From an uncultured Candidatus Saccharibacteria bacterium (lineage in GTDB: Bacteria; Patescibacteriota; Saccharimonadia; Saccharimonadales; UBA4665), in the NCBI GenBank assembly GCA_964595295.1, contig CAZQPT010000005.1, positions 1 to 28,107 on the forward strand: a stretch of DNA of 28,107 bases, read 5' to 3'. Shown here in pieces: positions 6,860 through 15,352 of this stretch. Made by a program: the position numbers and the translations under genes. Every line of letters starts with the position of its first letter. Positions within the stretch are counted from its first letter, which is position 1. The notes under the pieces are model-generated. The model saw only the letters and a list, made by a program, of their open reading frames with translations, was not told the origin of the DNA and ran no database searches.

Positions 6860-6933
6860 GGTTCGGCGTAGCGGCCGCAGAGAGCGTAGAAGCGACGAGG
6901 CAAAGCCGAGGGAAGCGCTATCCCTCCGCCCCA
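6860..6933 (+). repeat. Miniature element B splitting a tRNA-Gln T-arm copy; best attR candidate
   Basis: GGTTCG + 54-nt insert + ATCCCTCCGCCCCA, compared with the tRNA GGTTCG-A-ATCCCTCCGCCCCA. Confidence 0.7.
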
Positions 6934-6941
6934 AATATTGG

Positions 6942-7037
6942 GGTACAGTGAAGCAAGACTCGCACAGGAGTGTACATATAATTATATGTACACTACGAGC
7001 ACGCCGCAGCGCAAAAGCGCGAAGCACGCCATCCCCT
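6942..7037 (+). repeat. Miniature element C, homolog of A, with a 26-bp perfect palindrome
   Basis: Aligns by eye with 5905-5982 along its length (CAGGA.TGTA, CGAGCACGCCGCAG, AAAAGC.CG.AG). Palindrome AGTGTACATATAATTATATGTACACT at 6969-6994. Confidence 0.8.
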
Positions 7038-7105
7038 TATTTACGACTTTGCTAGCTTTTGTCTTTATTGCTATCGTCATAGCCATGATAGCCACAAGGT
7101 TGCTT

Positions 7106-7414
7106 TTAAAGACGTTTTGAGCGACGAGCGTTAAGTATGCTTGCGGTCAGATCTGATGACCAGCGGAGTATTCTATCTCCGTAATCCGGACTTGCTTTGC
7201 CACATGGAGTAGTCATTGACATTGCTGTTTCACCTATGGATTCCAGGCGCTCTGTAGAACAGTACGAGCCATTGTTGGCATCGACTAGCTCTTGTGGTAC
7301 CCCCTCTAGTTCCGGTAATGCTTGGAGTTCCATGACCTGTTTTCGCTCGTTACAATAGTCCGCGTACGAACACGGTTGTTGAGAAAATGGACATATTAAA
7401 ACTGATTCGGCCAT
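7106..7414 (-). CDS. Hypothetical protein, 102 aa, five Cys (CPFSQQPCSYADYC)
   Basis: Strong SD TAAGGAG and an upstream TATAAT; no family recognised. Confidence 0.65.
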   Translation of the reverse strand: MAESVLICPFSQQPCSYADYCNERKQVMELQALPELEGVPQELVDANNGSYCSTERLESIGETAMSMTTPCGKASPDYGDRILRWSSDLTASILNARRSKRL

Positions 7415-7479
7415 TTTACTCCTTAATTAATATTTATTATACTATGTAATATGATTTTGCGCGAAGATCGTAACGTAAA

Positions 7480-8931
7480 TTAGATAATCGGCGACGGAGC
7501 ATAAGCGACAGCCTCAGGGTGTTTGTTAACGATGATCTGCACTTTATCCACGAAAGTAGTCACCTGGGAACGAGCGAGGCCGGTCAGCTCGAGCGGATCA
7601 GCAATGGCGTCCGTGAGGGTTTTTTTATCGACAGGCAAGTCAGGATCATTAGCTAGTCTATCAAACAGATCATTCTCGGCAGTGCCTTTTTCGCGCATTT
7701 CTAAGGCCACTGCAACAGCGTGTTTCTTAATAAGCGCGTGAGCTTCTTCTCGCCCCATACCGGCTTTAATACAGGACATTAAGACCATGGTAGTCATCAA
7801 GAAGGGGAGGAAGCGTTGTAGCTCTTTGTCGATAACCGCTGGGTAAGCGCCGAAATTATCCAGAATAGTTAACGTGGTCAGGAAAATGCCATCGGTAGCA
7901 AAAAACGCGTCAGGAATAATAACCCTACGGGCGGCCGAGCAGCTAACATCGCCCTCATTTGACTGATTAGACGCCAGCTCACCGGCCGTGGTGACATGCC
8001 CCGACAAAATAGCGCTCAGGCTACGAACCCGCTCGGATTTAGCGGCATTCATTTTATGAGGCATAGCGTTGGAGCCGACCTGACCAGGTTTAAAGCCTTC
8101 GGTTGCCAGTTCACGACCAGCCATATCTCTCAAGCAGTTCGTAAAGTTAACCGGACCAGTCACCGACTGTTTTAGGGCGGTAACTACATCAAAGTCCATG
8201 GAGCGAGGATAAACCTGTCCAACGCTACCCAAAATATTAGAAAAACCCAGCGCTTTAGCGATACGAGCTTCAAGCTCCGCGACCTTAACTGGGTCGCCTT
8301 CAAATAAATCGAGCATATCTTGTTGTGTACCGACCGGGCCTTTTATTCCTCGCAAAGCATATGAATCTCGCAGAGCAGATATTCTTTGGTATCCACCAAG
8401 CAATTCTTCGCCGTAGTTCGCGAAGCGCTTACCCAAAGTAATCGTTTGAGCTGCCACGTTATGAGTTCGCCCAACCATGGCCAGGCCACTGTATTGAATG
8501 GCCCTGGCGGCAAAACGATCAAGTGTCGCCACCGCGCGATCACGAATAATATCCAGGCCGCTTAATATCTGGTACTGCTCGATGTTTTCGGTTAGATCAC
8601 GGGAGGTCATGCCTTGCTGTATATACTGGTGCCCGGCCATCATGTTAAACTCTTCAATCCTCGAATTTACGTCGTGATGACTAACTTTTTCGCGTGCCCT
8701 AATGGACGCCAGGTCGATGTCCGACTGAGCTGTTACGTAATCGTTTATCGCGGCTTTCGGTATGTTTAAGCCCAGGTCGGCCTGAGCCCGCATGATCTCG
8801 ATCCACAAACCGCGTTCCATATAAATTTTGGCTTCGTCGGAGAAGACCGCGACCATCTGCTTGCTAGGGTAGCGACTAGCCAGAACATTTACCGGTGGCT
8901 GTACGTCACCGGCATAATCAAACTTAGTCAT
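7480..8931 (-). CDS. purB: Adenylosuccinate lyase
   Basis: LASRY N-terminus, GRTHNVAAQTITLGKR, signature GSNAMPHKMN; SD GGAGG. Confidence 0.93.
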   Translation of the reverse strand: MTKFDYAGDVQPPVNVLASRYPSKQMVAVFSDEAKIYMERGLWIEIMRAQADLGLNIPKAAINDYVTAQSDIDLASIRAREKVSHHDVNSRIEEFNMMAGHQYIQQGMTSRDLTENIEQYQILSGLDIIRDRAVATLDRFAARAIQYSGLAMVGRTHNVAAQTITLGKRFANYGEELLGGYQRISALRDSYALRGIKGPVGTQQDMLDLFEGDPVKVAELEARIAKALGFSNILGSVGQVYPRSMDFDVVTALKQSVTGPVNFTNCLRDMAGRELATEGFKPGQVGSNAMPHKMNAAKSERVRSLSAILSGHVTTAGELASNQSNEGDVSCSAARRVIIPDAFFATDGIFLTTLTILDNFGAYPAVIDKELQRFLPFLMTTMVLMSCIKAGMGREEAHALIKKHAVAVALEMREKGTAENDLFDRLANDPDLPVDKKTLTDAIADPLELTGLARSQVTTFVDKVQIIVNKHPEAVAYAPSPII

Positions 8932-8984
8932 GATTACTGGCCTCCAAGGTTATTAACTATCATTATGTCTTTAATCTGATCAAA

Positions 8985-10874
8985 CTACAACTTCAGCAAA
9001 GATCTCAGTTCGATGGTGCGATCAATCGGCAGTTTGTAATAGTCGCTGGAACTGAGAGCGTTGCGAGCCATTATTATATAAAGTGATTTGCGCCACCTGG
9101 CCAGATTATGACGCTTTGTCGGAACTACCTTTGTCTGGGATATAAAGTAGGCCACCTCACTTTGATCGAAATCTAGTTCAGGGCTGACGCCGCGCATTGA
9201 TTCAAGGGTTTTAGGGATATTCGGTATGTCGTGATAACCGTACGAAAGACTAACATGGCTGATGCCGTCATCGTATTCGAGCCCATCGAACACGTAGCGT
9301 TTATTTTCTGGTATATGCGGATGGGTCGTTATGTTTACGGATAGTACGACAACTTTTTCGTGCAATTCATGCAATTCTTCTACCGCGGCATGAAGCGCCA
9401 GTGGCGCTAGATCATCGTGATGTCCGATATATACGGCTTGTCCTGGCACCCTCGTAATTGGCGGCCGCCTCAAGCGAACTTTATCTATGAATAATTGAAG
9501 TGGGCCTTCCATGGCCCGACGCTCGCTGGTTACTATCCGTTGACCCCTCATCCAGGTATCTATAATCAGATAAATTATTAACGCGATAACGATTGGTAAC
9601 CAGCCGCGGTGAAAAATCTTAGGCAAGTTAGATGCCACAAAAAGCAAGTCAACAGATACAAACAAGGCAACCGCTAAAGCCATTAAATTAACCGTCTGGC
9701 GCTTGATGCCATAAATGACAACTATAAACAACAGGCTGTCTATAGCCAGGGTACCGCTAACCGCGATACCGTAGGCTGTCGCCAGTTTTTGCGCCGAGCC
9801 AAATAGTATCACGAACAGAGCAACAACAGCGTACAAAAGCATATTGGTGAGCGGAATATAGATCTGGCCTTTTTCGTGGTCGGACGTGTGACGGATTAGC
9901 ATTTTAGGCAGGAAACCTAACTGCACGGCCTGACGAGTTAATGAAAAGGCACCAGAAATAACGGATTGAGAAGCTATTAACGTAGCGACCGCCGCCAGCA
10001 AAACTACCAACAGGCGCGTGCTTTCCGGGAACAGCAAGAAAAAGGGACTGCTCGAACTAGATGGATGCGCCAGCATTAGCGCGCCTTGCCCCATATAACA
10101 GGCTATTAACGCGGGAAAGACTAGCATAAACCAGGCTCTGGCAATTGGAGCGCGCCCGAAGTGCCCCATATCCGCGTAGAGCGCCTCGGCACCAGTTACC
10201 GCCAGCACTACCGCGCCCATGGCGACGAAAGCCACAACCGGTTGGCTAGCAAAAAACTGAATCGCGGTTAAAGGCGAGAGCGACTGTAGTATTCCGGGGT
10301 GCTGAATAATTTGCCCGATGCCGCCGGCACCAATCATCACGAACCAAACCAACATTACCGGACCAAATAAACGACCAATAAGGTTAGTGCCGTATTTTTG
10401 AATCGCGAACAACGATGTCAATATCACTAGTGTTAAAGGCACGACAAATTGATGAAGACTCGGCGCCACGACGTGTAATCCCTCGACAGCGGATAGTACC
10501 GAGATCGCCGGAGTAATAGCGCTATCACCATAGAACAAAGACACTCCGACGATGCCGAGAAGTATAAAAAACCATTTCGAGTGAGGACGCAGTTTACTCC
10601 TTTTAATAATAGCTACCAAGGCCATGATGCCGCCCTCGCCCTTATTATCAACTTTCATGATAAAGCTCAGGTATTTTATAGCGACAACAATAGTGACTGC
10701 CCAAACAACTAACGAAATAATGCCGTAAACGTTAGTCTGGTTAACTTTTAGGTGCTGTCCGTTAGGCCCGAATATAGCCTGTATCGCGTAGAGTGGGCTG
10801 GTACCGATGTCACCGAACACGACGCCTAAAGCGCCTAGGGCCAAGCCGGCGATACCTTTTTTTGTTTTACTCAT
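8985..10874 (-). CDS. kup: KUP/HAK/KT potassium transporter
   Basis: GVVFGDIGTSPLY, DNKGEGG, GAEALYADMGHFG, TLIASQSVISG, GQIYIP, AYGIAV. Confidence 0.96.
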   Translation of the reverse strand: MSKTKKGIAGLALGALGVVFGDIGTSPLYAIQAIFGPNGQHLKVNQTNVYGIISLVVWAVTIVVAIKYLSFIMKVDNKGEGGIMALVAIIKRSKLRPHSKWFFILLGIVGVSLFYGDSAITPAISVLSAVEGLHVVAPSLHQFVVPLTLVILTSLFAIQKYGTNLIGRLFGPVMLVWFVMIGAGGIGQIIQHPGILQSLSPLTAIQFFASQPVVAFVAMGAVVLAVTGAEALYADMGHFGRAPIARAWFMLVFPALIACYMGQGALMLAHPSSSSSPFFLLFPESTRLLVVLLAAVATLIASQSVISGAFSLTRQAVQLGFLPKMLIRHTSDHEKGQIYIPLTNMLLYAVVALFVILFGSAQKLATAYGIAVSGTLAIDSLLFIVVIYGIKRQTVNLMALAVALFVSVDLLFVASNLPKIFHRGWLPIVIALIIYLIIDTWMRGQRIVTSERRAMEGPLQLFIDKVRLRRPPITRVPGQAVYIGHHDDLAPLALHAAVEELHELHEKVVVLSVNITTHPHIPENKRYVFDGLEYDDGISHVSLSYGYHDIPNIPKTLESMRGVSPELDFDQSEVAYFISQTKVVPTKRHNLARWRKSLYIIMARNALSSSDYYKLPIDRTIELRSLLKL

Positions 10875-10892
10875 AAAATCAGTATATACGAT

Positions 10893-11396
10893 TTACAACG
10901 ACGCCGGGTCGACAACCTCAAAATCCGCGTAGGGCAGGGAACTGTAGGAATCAACGTAAGCGACAATTCGATACTTACCGGCAGTAGAGAATAGATTCTT
11001 CCAGTTACCGTAGCTACCCGACACCGTAGCGTTGGGAGCAATACCTATCTGTCTGGATTCGTCGGGACAGTTTTGCGCGGAGGCGGTGTCATGAATCCTA
11101 ACCCAGGCTGAGCCATTTTTTTTATAAACGCTTAACGGCTCGGCCGGGCATTTATTTGTTAGAAATATGGTACTGTTAAAATCGTTTTTTAGGCTAAATG
11201 TCACCTCTTCGCCAACTACGTATTTAGTATAGGGGGTAGTTAATTCCATGTGGCCGACTGGTTGATCACGAGTTCTTATATGAGAAGCTACGCGGTACAT
11301 ACCTATAGATATAGCCGTTAGTAGCACCAGGTAGAAAATAATTAGCTTCACGTAAGTGTGGTGCGGCTTTAGGGCATATCTAAGTTCACCCCTCAT
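10893..11396 (-). CDS. Membrane-anchored beta-rich (Ig-like) hypothetical protein
   Basis: N-terminal TM helix, beta-strand pattern, GKYRIV, two Cys. Start set at 11396 (ATGA overlap with the upstream stop, GGAGG upstream); track start is 11414. Confidence 0.6.
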   Translation of the reverse strand: MRGELRYALKPHHTYVKLIIFYLVLLTAISIGMYRVASHIRTRDQPVGHMELTTPYTKYVVGEEVTFSLKNDFNSTIFLTNKCPAEPLSVYKKNGSAWVRIHDTASAQNCPDESRQIGIAPNATVSGSYGNWKNLFSTAGKYRIVAYVDSYSSLPYADFEVVDPASL

Positions 11397-12106
11397 ACTG
11401 TTCTTGCCCTCCATAGCCTATGAGCTGTCAGCCCGCAAATAACCGCCCCAAAAGCAAACCACAGCCAACGCCATACGCCATGAGCTAAATCTGACCCGAG
11501 ATACAAAGCGTGTATAAACACCAACAGTATTATCACGTAAGAAATGAGATGTATAAACTTCCATAAATAGGGCTTTTTCTCGACCCAAAACAAGGAGGTA
11601 ATGATTACCAAACATACAAGATAAAAGGCAATTACGCCCAAGGCAACCCACAGCGATCCCACATGCTGACCGAATACGACCGCCCGTCTGTAATCTGATA
11701 GCCAGGGAATAAAGATCTGCAAGATATTAAATGGAATGAATTTATCGAATAACAGGCTGAACATGTGGATTAAGACACTTATGCCAAACGTAATGCCGAG
11801 TGCCCGATGCGATGCCCAAGAGGTTAAAGGGTCCAAAAAGCGGTATGTGTAGCCTGTAACCTGTCCGATACCGGATATCATCAATATTATTAAAGCCCCG
11901 GCCGCCACCAAGCCTGACCCTCTGGTAACATACCAGGGCCAAGTGGTTTTGGTGCGGGCCGTAATTTTTTCTGTTACCGTTTGTCCGGGAACGCTTTGGA
12001 CAACAATATCACTGGAGCTGCTTTGGGCAGCATAGGCCGGTATGACACTATTTATGGCCATAATCGTACCTAACAATACCATCGATAATAATAAGTACTT
12101 ACGCAA
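11393..12106 (-). CDS. Ferric-reductase-like (MsrQ-like) di-heme b membrane protein
   Basis: WYVTRGSG plus four TM His: WASHRALG, VLIHMF, WKFIHLISY, VFIHAL; N-terminal signal-like segment. Confidence 0.85.
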   Translation of the reverse strand: MRKYLLLSMVLLGTIMAINSVIPAYAAQSSSSDIVVQSVPGQTVTEKITARTKTTWPWYVTRGSGLVAAGALIILMISGIGQVTGYTYRFLDPLTSWASHRALGITFGISVLIHMFSLLFDKFIPFNILQIFIPWLSDYRRAVVFGQHVGSLWVALGVIAFYLVCLVIITSLFWVEKKPYLWKFIHLISYVIILLVFIHALYLGSDLAHGVWRWLWFAFGAVICGLTAHRLWRARTV

Positions 12107-13103
12107 AATTTGGTGTCCCCTTAGTAGTTACAAGTTCTTTACCAAAACTATAGCCTACCCGAGCGCCCGTCACGTCGATACCTTGCAGTAGCGCGGCCCT
12201 GACCCCAGACTGCTTTTTCAAAAAGGGTAGTGCTTTTGTGGACCCTAGTATTATGGCGCACGACGCCAAAACGTCGGCCTGAGTTGCCGAATTACCGTAA
12301 ACTGTCGCCATGGTTATATCTGTTTTAGCAGGTTTTTGTGTCCTCGGATCAAGTATATGATGCCACTTCTTACCGGAATGAACTCCTTGACGAACATTTG
12401 TCCCGGAAGTTGCCACCGCGAAATCTTTGCCAGTTGTTCTTAGCCGTAAATCACTATCCGTGGAGCTATCATTGGCATCAGAGATATTAACTTTCCATTG
12501 CTGGCCGTCGACATCATTGCCACCACCCACGATATCACCACCTAACGATAGCCAATAGCCTCTGATCCAATCAGTTTTTACCAGCTGCCTTAGCTGATCG
12601 GCGAGATAACCTTTGCCGCAGCCGCCCATGTCCAAGGCCGATCCATACGGTATACAAGCCCGATTATCGCTCAATTTAAGTTCTGATATATCGGCAACAG
12701 CTAGCCGCGAATAATCAATCTGCGTATCGTCGGTGTAACCGGGTGCTAATGATTGCTTGTAGCCGATCCGGTGCAGAGCGGGCAATATAAAAGGGTTGAA
12801 TAGGCCGCCGGTCGATGCGCCGTAGTATTTAGCGACTTTTAGAAGTTCGTGAAACTCCTGACTTACTAAGGTGTTTTGTCCGGCTGACTGATTAAATCTG
12901 GACAATTCGCTATTAGGCAAAAAACGACTAAACTGTTTTTCGAATCGAAATATTGCTTTCCATAAATCCGAAAGCAGTTCATCTATTTGTGGTTTCTGGT
13001 CCTGCTCGGCTACGAGGACTAGCGTGACGTCACTGCCCAAGGCCATTCGTGTCTCAAAAAATGTTCTTAACACGTCGTTACTCCGCTTGGGCTGGTCTTG
13101 CAT
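12099..13103 (-). CDS. apbE: FAD:protein FMN transferase, no evident signal peptide
   Basis: MALGS, FSRFLPNSELSRFN, DMGGCGKGYLAD, LGGDI, ATSGT, HHILDPRT, ADVLAS. Confidence 0.92.
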   Translation of the reverse strand: MQDQPKRSNDVLRTFFETRMALGSDVTLVLVAEQDQKPQIDELLSDLWKAIFRFEKQFSRFLPNSELSRFNQSAGQNTLVSQEFHELLKVAKYYGASTGGLFNPFILPALHRIGYKQSLAPGYTDDTQIDYSRLAVADISELKLSDNRACIPYGSALDMGGCGKGYLADQLRQLVKTDWIRGYWLSLGGDIVGGGNDVDGQQWKVNISDANDSSTDSDLRLRTTGKDFAVATSGTNVRQGVHSGKKWHHILDPRTQKPAKTDITMATVYGNSATQADVLASCAIILGSTKALPFLKKQSGVRAALLQGIDVTGARVGYSFGKELVTTKGTPNFA

Positions 13104-14308
13104 GTCGGCGGAGGTGGAGGGGTGGGAGTAGGCTTAGGCGTGGGTGTCGGAGTCGGAGTTGGGGTAGGCGTAGTGGTTGATGTCGTTCCTCCGGAAGGCG
13201 TGCTTGAGCCCGGAGCTGACGAAGTTACCGGCGTGCCTGAAGACCTAACCGGAGCAGACCCGCTAGACGGCGTAACGCTTGAGGGCGTAGCTGTACCCGC
13301 GGGCTGGGTTTGCGTAGTGGCAACTCGCGACAGCGCGTTGACTCCAGTGCTAGGCCTGGCGCTATAGTCTGTTTCAGGAAAACCGTTAACTAGTTTGTCT
13401 AGGTCCAGTTCGCGCTTGTTGGTGAGAACGCTAGGGGCGGTACTTTTGGAGCCAACGACTGATGATGGTGGCAAAGTCTTAAAAAGATCACTTACCATAA
13501 CTATAAAGCTCGCTAGTACTAAGCCACTGCCGGTCAATAAATACATACTAAGTGGCCAACTTATAACTTTACCTGTCTGCTTGTTCAGGCCCTGGCCAAA
13601 AGCTTCGGTTTTTATATGTTTTTTGGGTACTCCCTCTTTTCTAAGCTCGTTTAACATACCGTTCATAAACGGCGGTGGTCCGCATATAAAAAATGTCGTG
13701 CCTTTCCAGTTACTATCGCAAAAAGTTCTGATAGCATCAGGCGATATGCGACCAGTTGCCCCATTAAGGCCCGTCATTTTATCGGTAGGACCTTTACTGA
13801 TCATAAATACGACTTTAAAGTTTGGGTTTTGCCGTTCGAGCTGTTTAAGTTCTTCAAAAAACGCGATGTTATCCTGATCCCGGCAGCTGTATATAAGTGT
13901 TACTTTGTTGGAAAGGTGTATGCTGGCCGCGAACCTAATCATGCTCATAAAAGGCGTAACGCCAATTCCTCCGGCCAAAAATACGACGTCACCATCTGAA
14001 AGGCTGTCAAATACGAAGCCGCCAAATGGTCCGCGAACATTCACGTTGTCGCCGGCTTTTAGATTTGTCAGCGCGTTCGTAAAGTGACCTCTCGTCTGCA
14101 TGCTAAATTGCAGGATGCCTTGTTCTGTCGGTGAACTTGTTATCGAAAAACACCTAGCGGGCGTTGGTCGTTTATTATTTCTAAAACTAATCGCCGCGTA
14201 CTGACCGGGCTGAAAAGTAAAGGTTTTCTCCGGCTCGGCGTCCCGAAGTGTCAACAATATAGTCCCTGGTGTATTACGCTGCGTGCTCAACACTTTATAT
14301 TTGTGCAT
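13067..14308 (-). CDS. FNR-family FAD/NAD(P)H oxidoreductase + single TM helix + long Ser/Thr/Pro tail
   Basis: FQPGQY, RCFSITSSP, VRGPFGGF, LAGGIGVTPFMSM, FICGPPPFM, EAF. Start set at 14308 because an extended -10 TGTTATAAT lies between it and the track start 14338. Confidence 0.9.
   Translation of the reverse strand: MHKYKVLSTQRNTPGTILLTLRDAEPEKTFTFQPGQYAAISFRNNKRPTPARCFSITSSPTEQGILQFSMQTRGHFTNALTNLKAGDNVNVRGPFGGFVFDSLSDGDVVFLAGGIGVTPFMSMIRFAASIHLSNKVTLIYSCRDQDNIAFFEELKQLERQNPNFKVVFMISKGPTDKMTGLNGATGRISPDAIRTFCDSNWKGTTFFICGPPPFMNGMLNELRKEGVPKKHIKTEAFGQGLNKQTGKVISWPLSMYLLTGSGLVLASFIVMVSDLFKTLPPSSVVGSKSTAPSVLTNKRELDLDKLVNGFPETDYSARPSTGVNALSRVATTQTQPAGTATPSSVTPSSGSAPVRSSGTPVTSSAPGSSTPSGGTTSTTTPTPTPTPTPTPKPTPTPPPPPTCKTSPSGVTTC
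13103..13171 (-). repeat. (TP)n / poly-Pro low-complexity coding repeat
   Basis: TPTPTPTPTPTPKPTPTPPPPPT with varied codons. Confidence 0.9.
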
Positions 14309-14318
14309 ATTATCAGTA

Positions 14319-14327
14319 ATTATAACA
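14319..14327 (-). promoter_or_regulatory. Extended -10 promoter of the leftward redox operon
   Basis: TGTTATAAT, perfect TGn-TATAAT, 10 nt before ATG 14308. Confidence 0.6.
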
Positions 14328-14395
14328 GCAAGCCGCATATGCTTGAACCTCTATGAGATTAGTTGAGCGACAATAACCGTATGGATTCGTAAAAA

Positions 14396-14425
14396 TGCTA
14401 TAGTAAGTAAAGCATGAGTGCTTTA
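14396..14425 (+). promoter_or_regulatory. Extended -10 promoter of cyo with a downstream inverted repeat
   Basis: TGCTATAGT (14396-14404) with no good -35; TAAAGCA-TGAG-TGCTTTA (14408-14425). Confidence 0.45.
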
Positions 14426-14443
14426 AATTAAGAGGTTGGAAGC

Positions 14444-15352
14444 TTGAACAAAAAATTCAAAATAGCCATTGGTGTCATAGCGCTGGCCATAGCCATGGCG
14501 GTCAGCGTCAGGTACGTGCTAAATACAGATATAGCAGTCTTGAACCCCGGGGGCATTGTCGCTCAAAAAGAACGAGATCTGATAGTCTTTACGACATTGC
14601 TTGGACTGCTTATTGTCTTGCCAGTATTCGCGTTAACTTTTGGAATCGCCTGGAAATATCGCGAAAGCAACAAAAAAGCTAAATACACGCCCGAGTGGGA
14701 CCGTAATTTGCTGGCCGAAACGATTTGGTGGGGAATTCCTACGGTTATCATTGGTATTTTATCTGTCGTTACCTGGAACAGCAGCCATCAACTTGACCCT
14801 TTTAAGCCTCTAGCGTCAACTGTTAAGCCACTAAATGTTCAGGTTGTGGCCCTGGAGTCAAAATGGCTATTCATTTATCCTGAACAGCATATAGCGACCA
14901 CTAACTACGTGCAGTTTCCCGAAAATACGCCCCTGGCTTTTCAGGTAACAGCTGATGCTCCCATGAATTCATTCTGGATACCAAAGCTGGGCGGTCAGAT
15001 TTACGCCATGGCGGGGATGTCGACTCAGCTTCACTTAATGGCTTCTGGTCCGGGTACGTACATGGGATCTTCGGCCAATTTAAGCGGTCCTCAATTTTCG
15101 GGTATGAACTTCGTCGCCAGATCGACCACACAGTCTGACTTTCGTAACTGGGTTAACAGCGTCAAGCAGTCGCCGAAGCAGCTTGATATGAATCAATACC
15201 ACGCGCTTGCTAAGAGTAGCGACAAAAATCCTGTCACCTATTATTCAGGCAATGAGCATAAGCTATATGATAAAATAATCGAGAAATACAGCGGTCCGGA
15301 TAACGGAATGCTCGGAATGAATATGCGCGGAATGGACCATTATGCTAGGTAA
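14444..15352 (+). CDS. cyoA: Cytochrome bo3 ubiquinol oxidase subunit II
   Basis: [46 protein letters not shown]; no CuA ligands; TTG start with AAGAGG. Confidence 0.95.
   Translation: MNKKFKIAIGVIALAIAMAVSVRYVLNTDIAVLNPGGIVAQKERDLIVFTTLLGLLIVLPVFALTFGIAWKYRESNKKAKYTPEWDRNLLAETIWWGIPTVIIGILSVVTWNSSHQLDPFKPLASTVKPLNVQVVALESKWLFIYPEQHIATTNYVQFPENTPLAFQVTADAPMNSFWIPKLGGQIYAMAGMSTQLHLMASGPGTYMGSSANLSGPQFSGMNFVARSTTQSDFRNWVNSVKQSPKQLDMNQYHALAKSSDKNPVTYYSGNEHKLYDKIIEKYSGPDNGMLGMNMRGMDHYAR

Larger units (their letters stand above)
150..6933. mobile_element. Integrated island in tRNA-Gln, possibly several tandem insertions
   Basis: Exact 14-bp direct repeat ATCCCTCCGCCCCA at 150-163 (tRNA 3' end) and 6920-6933; recombinase and Rep at the tRNA-proximal end; accessory cargo. 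The right boundary is uncertain (alternatives 5842, 5994, 7037). Confidence 0.7.

Noticed and set aside
6860-6933. Second functional or intron-containing tRNA
   Set aside because: Only the T-arm and part of the acceptor 3' strand are present; there is no D arm, anticodon arm or CCA.
5803-7037. CRISPR array or canonical integron interpretation of the repeats
   Set aside because: The units are long, degenerate and unevenly spaced, there are no cas genes, no IntI is in the window, and the core sites deviate from attC consensus.
6671-7120. ORFs 6671-7027, 6849-7055 and 6938-7120 (also 5690-5890)
   Set aside because: They are read through terminators and the miniature repeats; their Arg/Ser-rich composition reflects the repeat sequence.
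7480-8931. purB as evidence of de novo purine synthesis
   Set aside because: No other pur genes are in the window; PurB also serves IMP-to-AMP salvage.
13098-13877. Gly/Val-rich 89-aa and 160-aa plus-strand ORFs
   Set aside because: Antisense of the Pro/Thr tail and the FNR domain.
14340-14443. FNR/CRP/Rex box in the divergent promoter
   Set aside because: The best match, TTGAG-CGAC-AATAA, is too degenerate.
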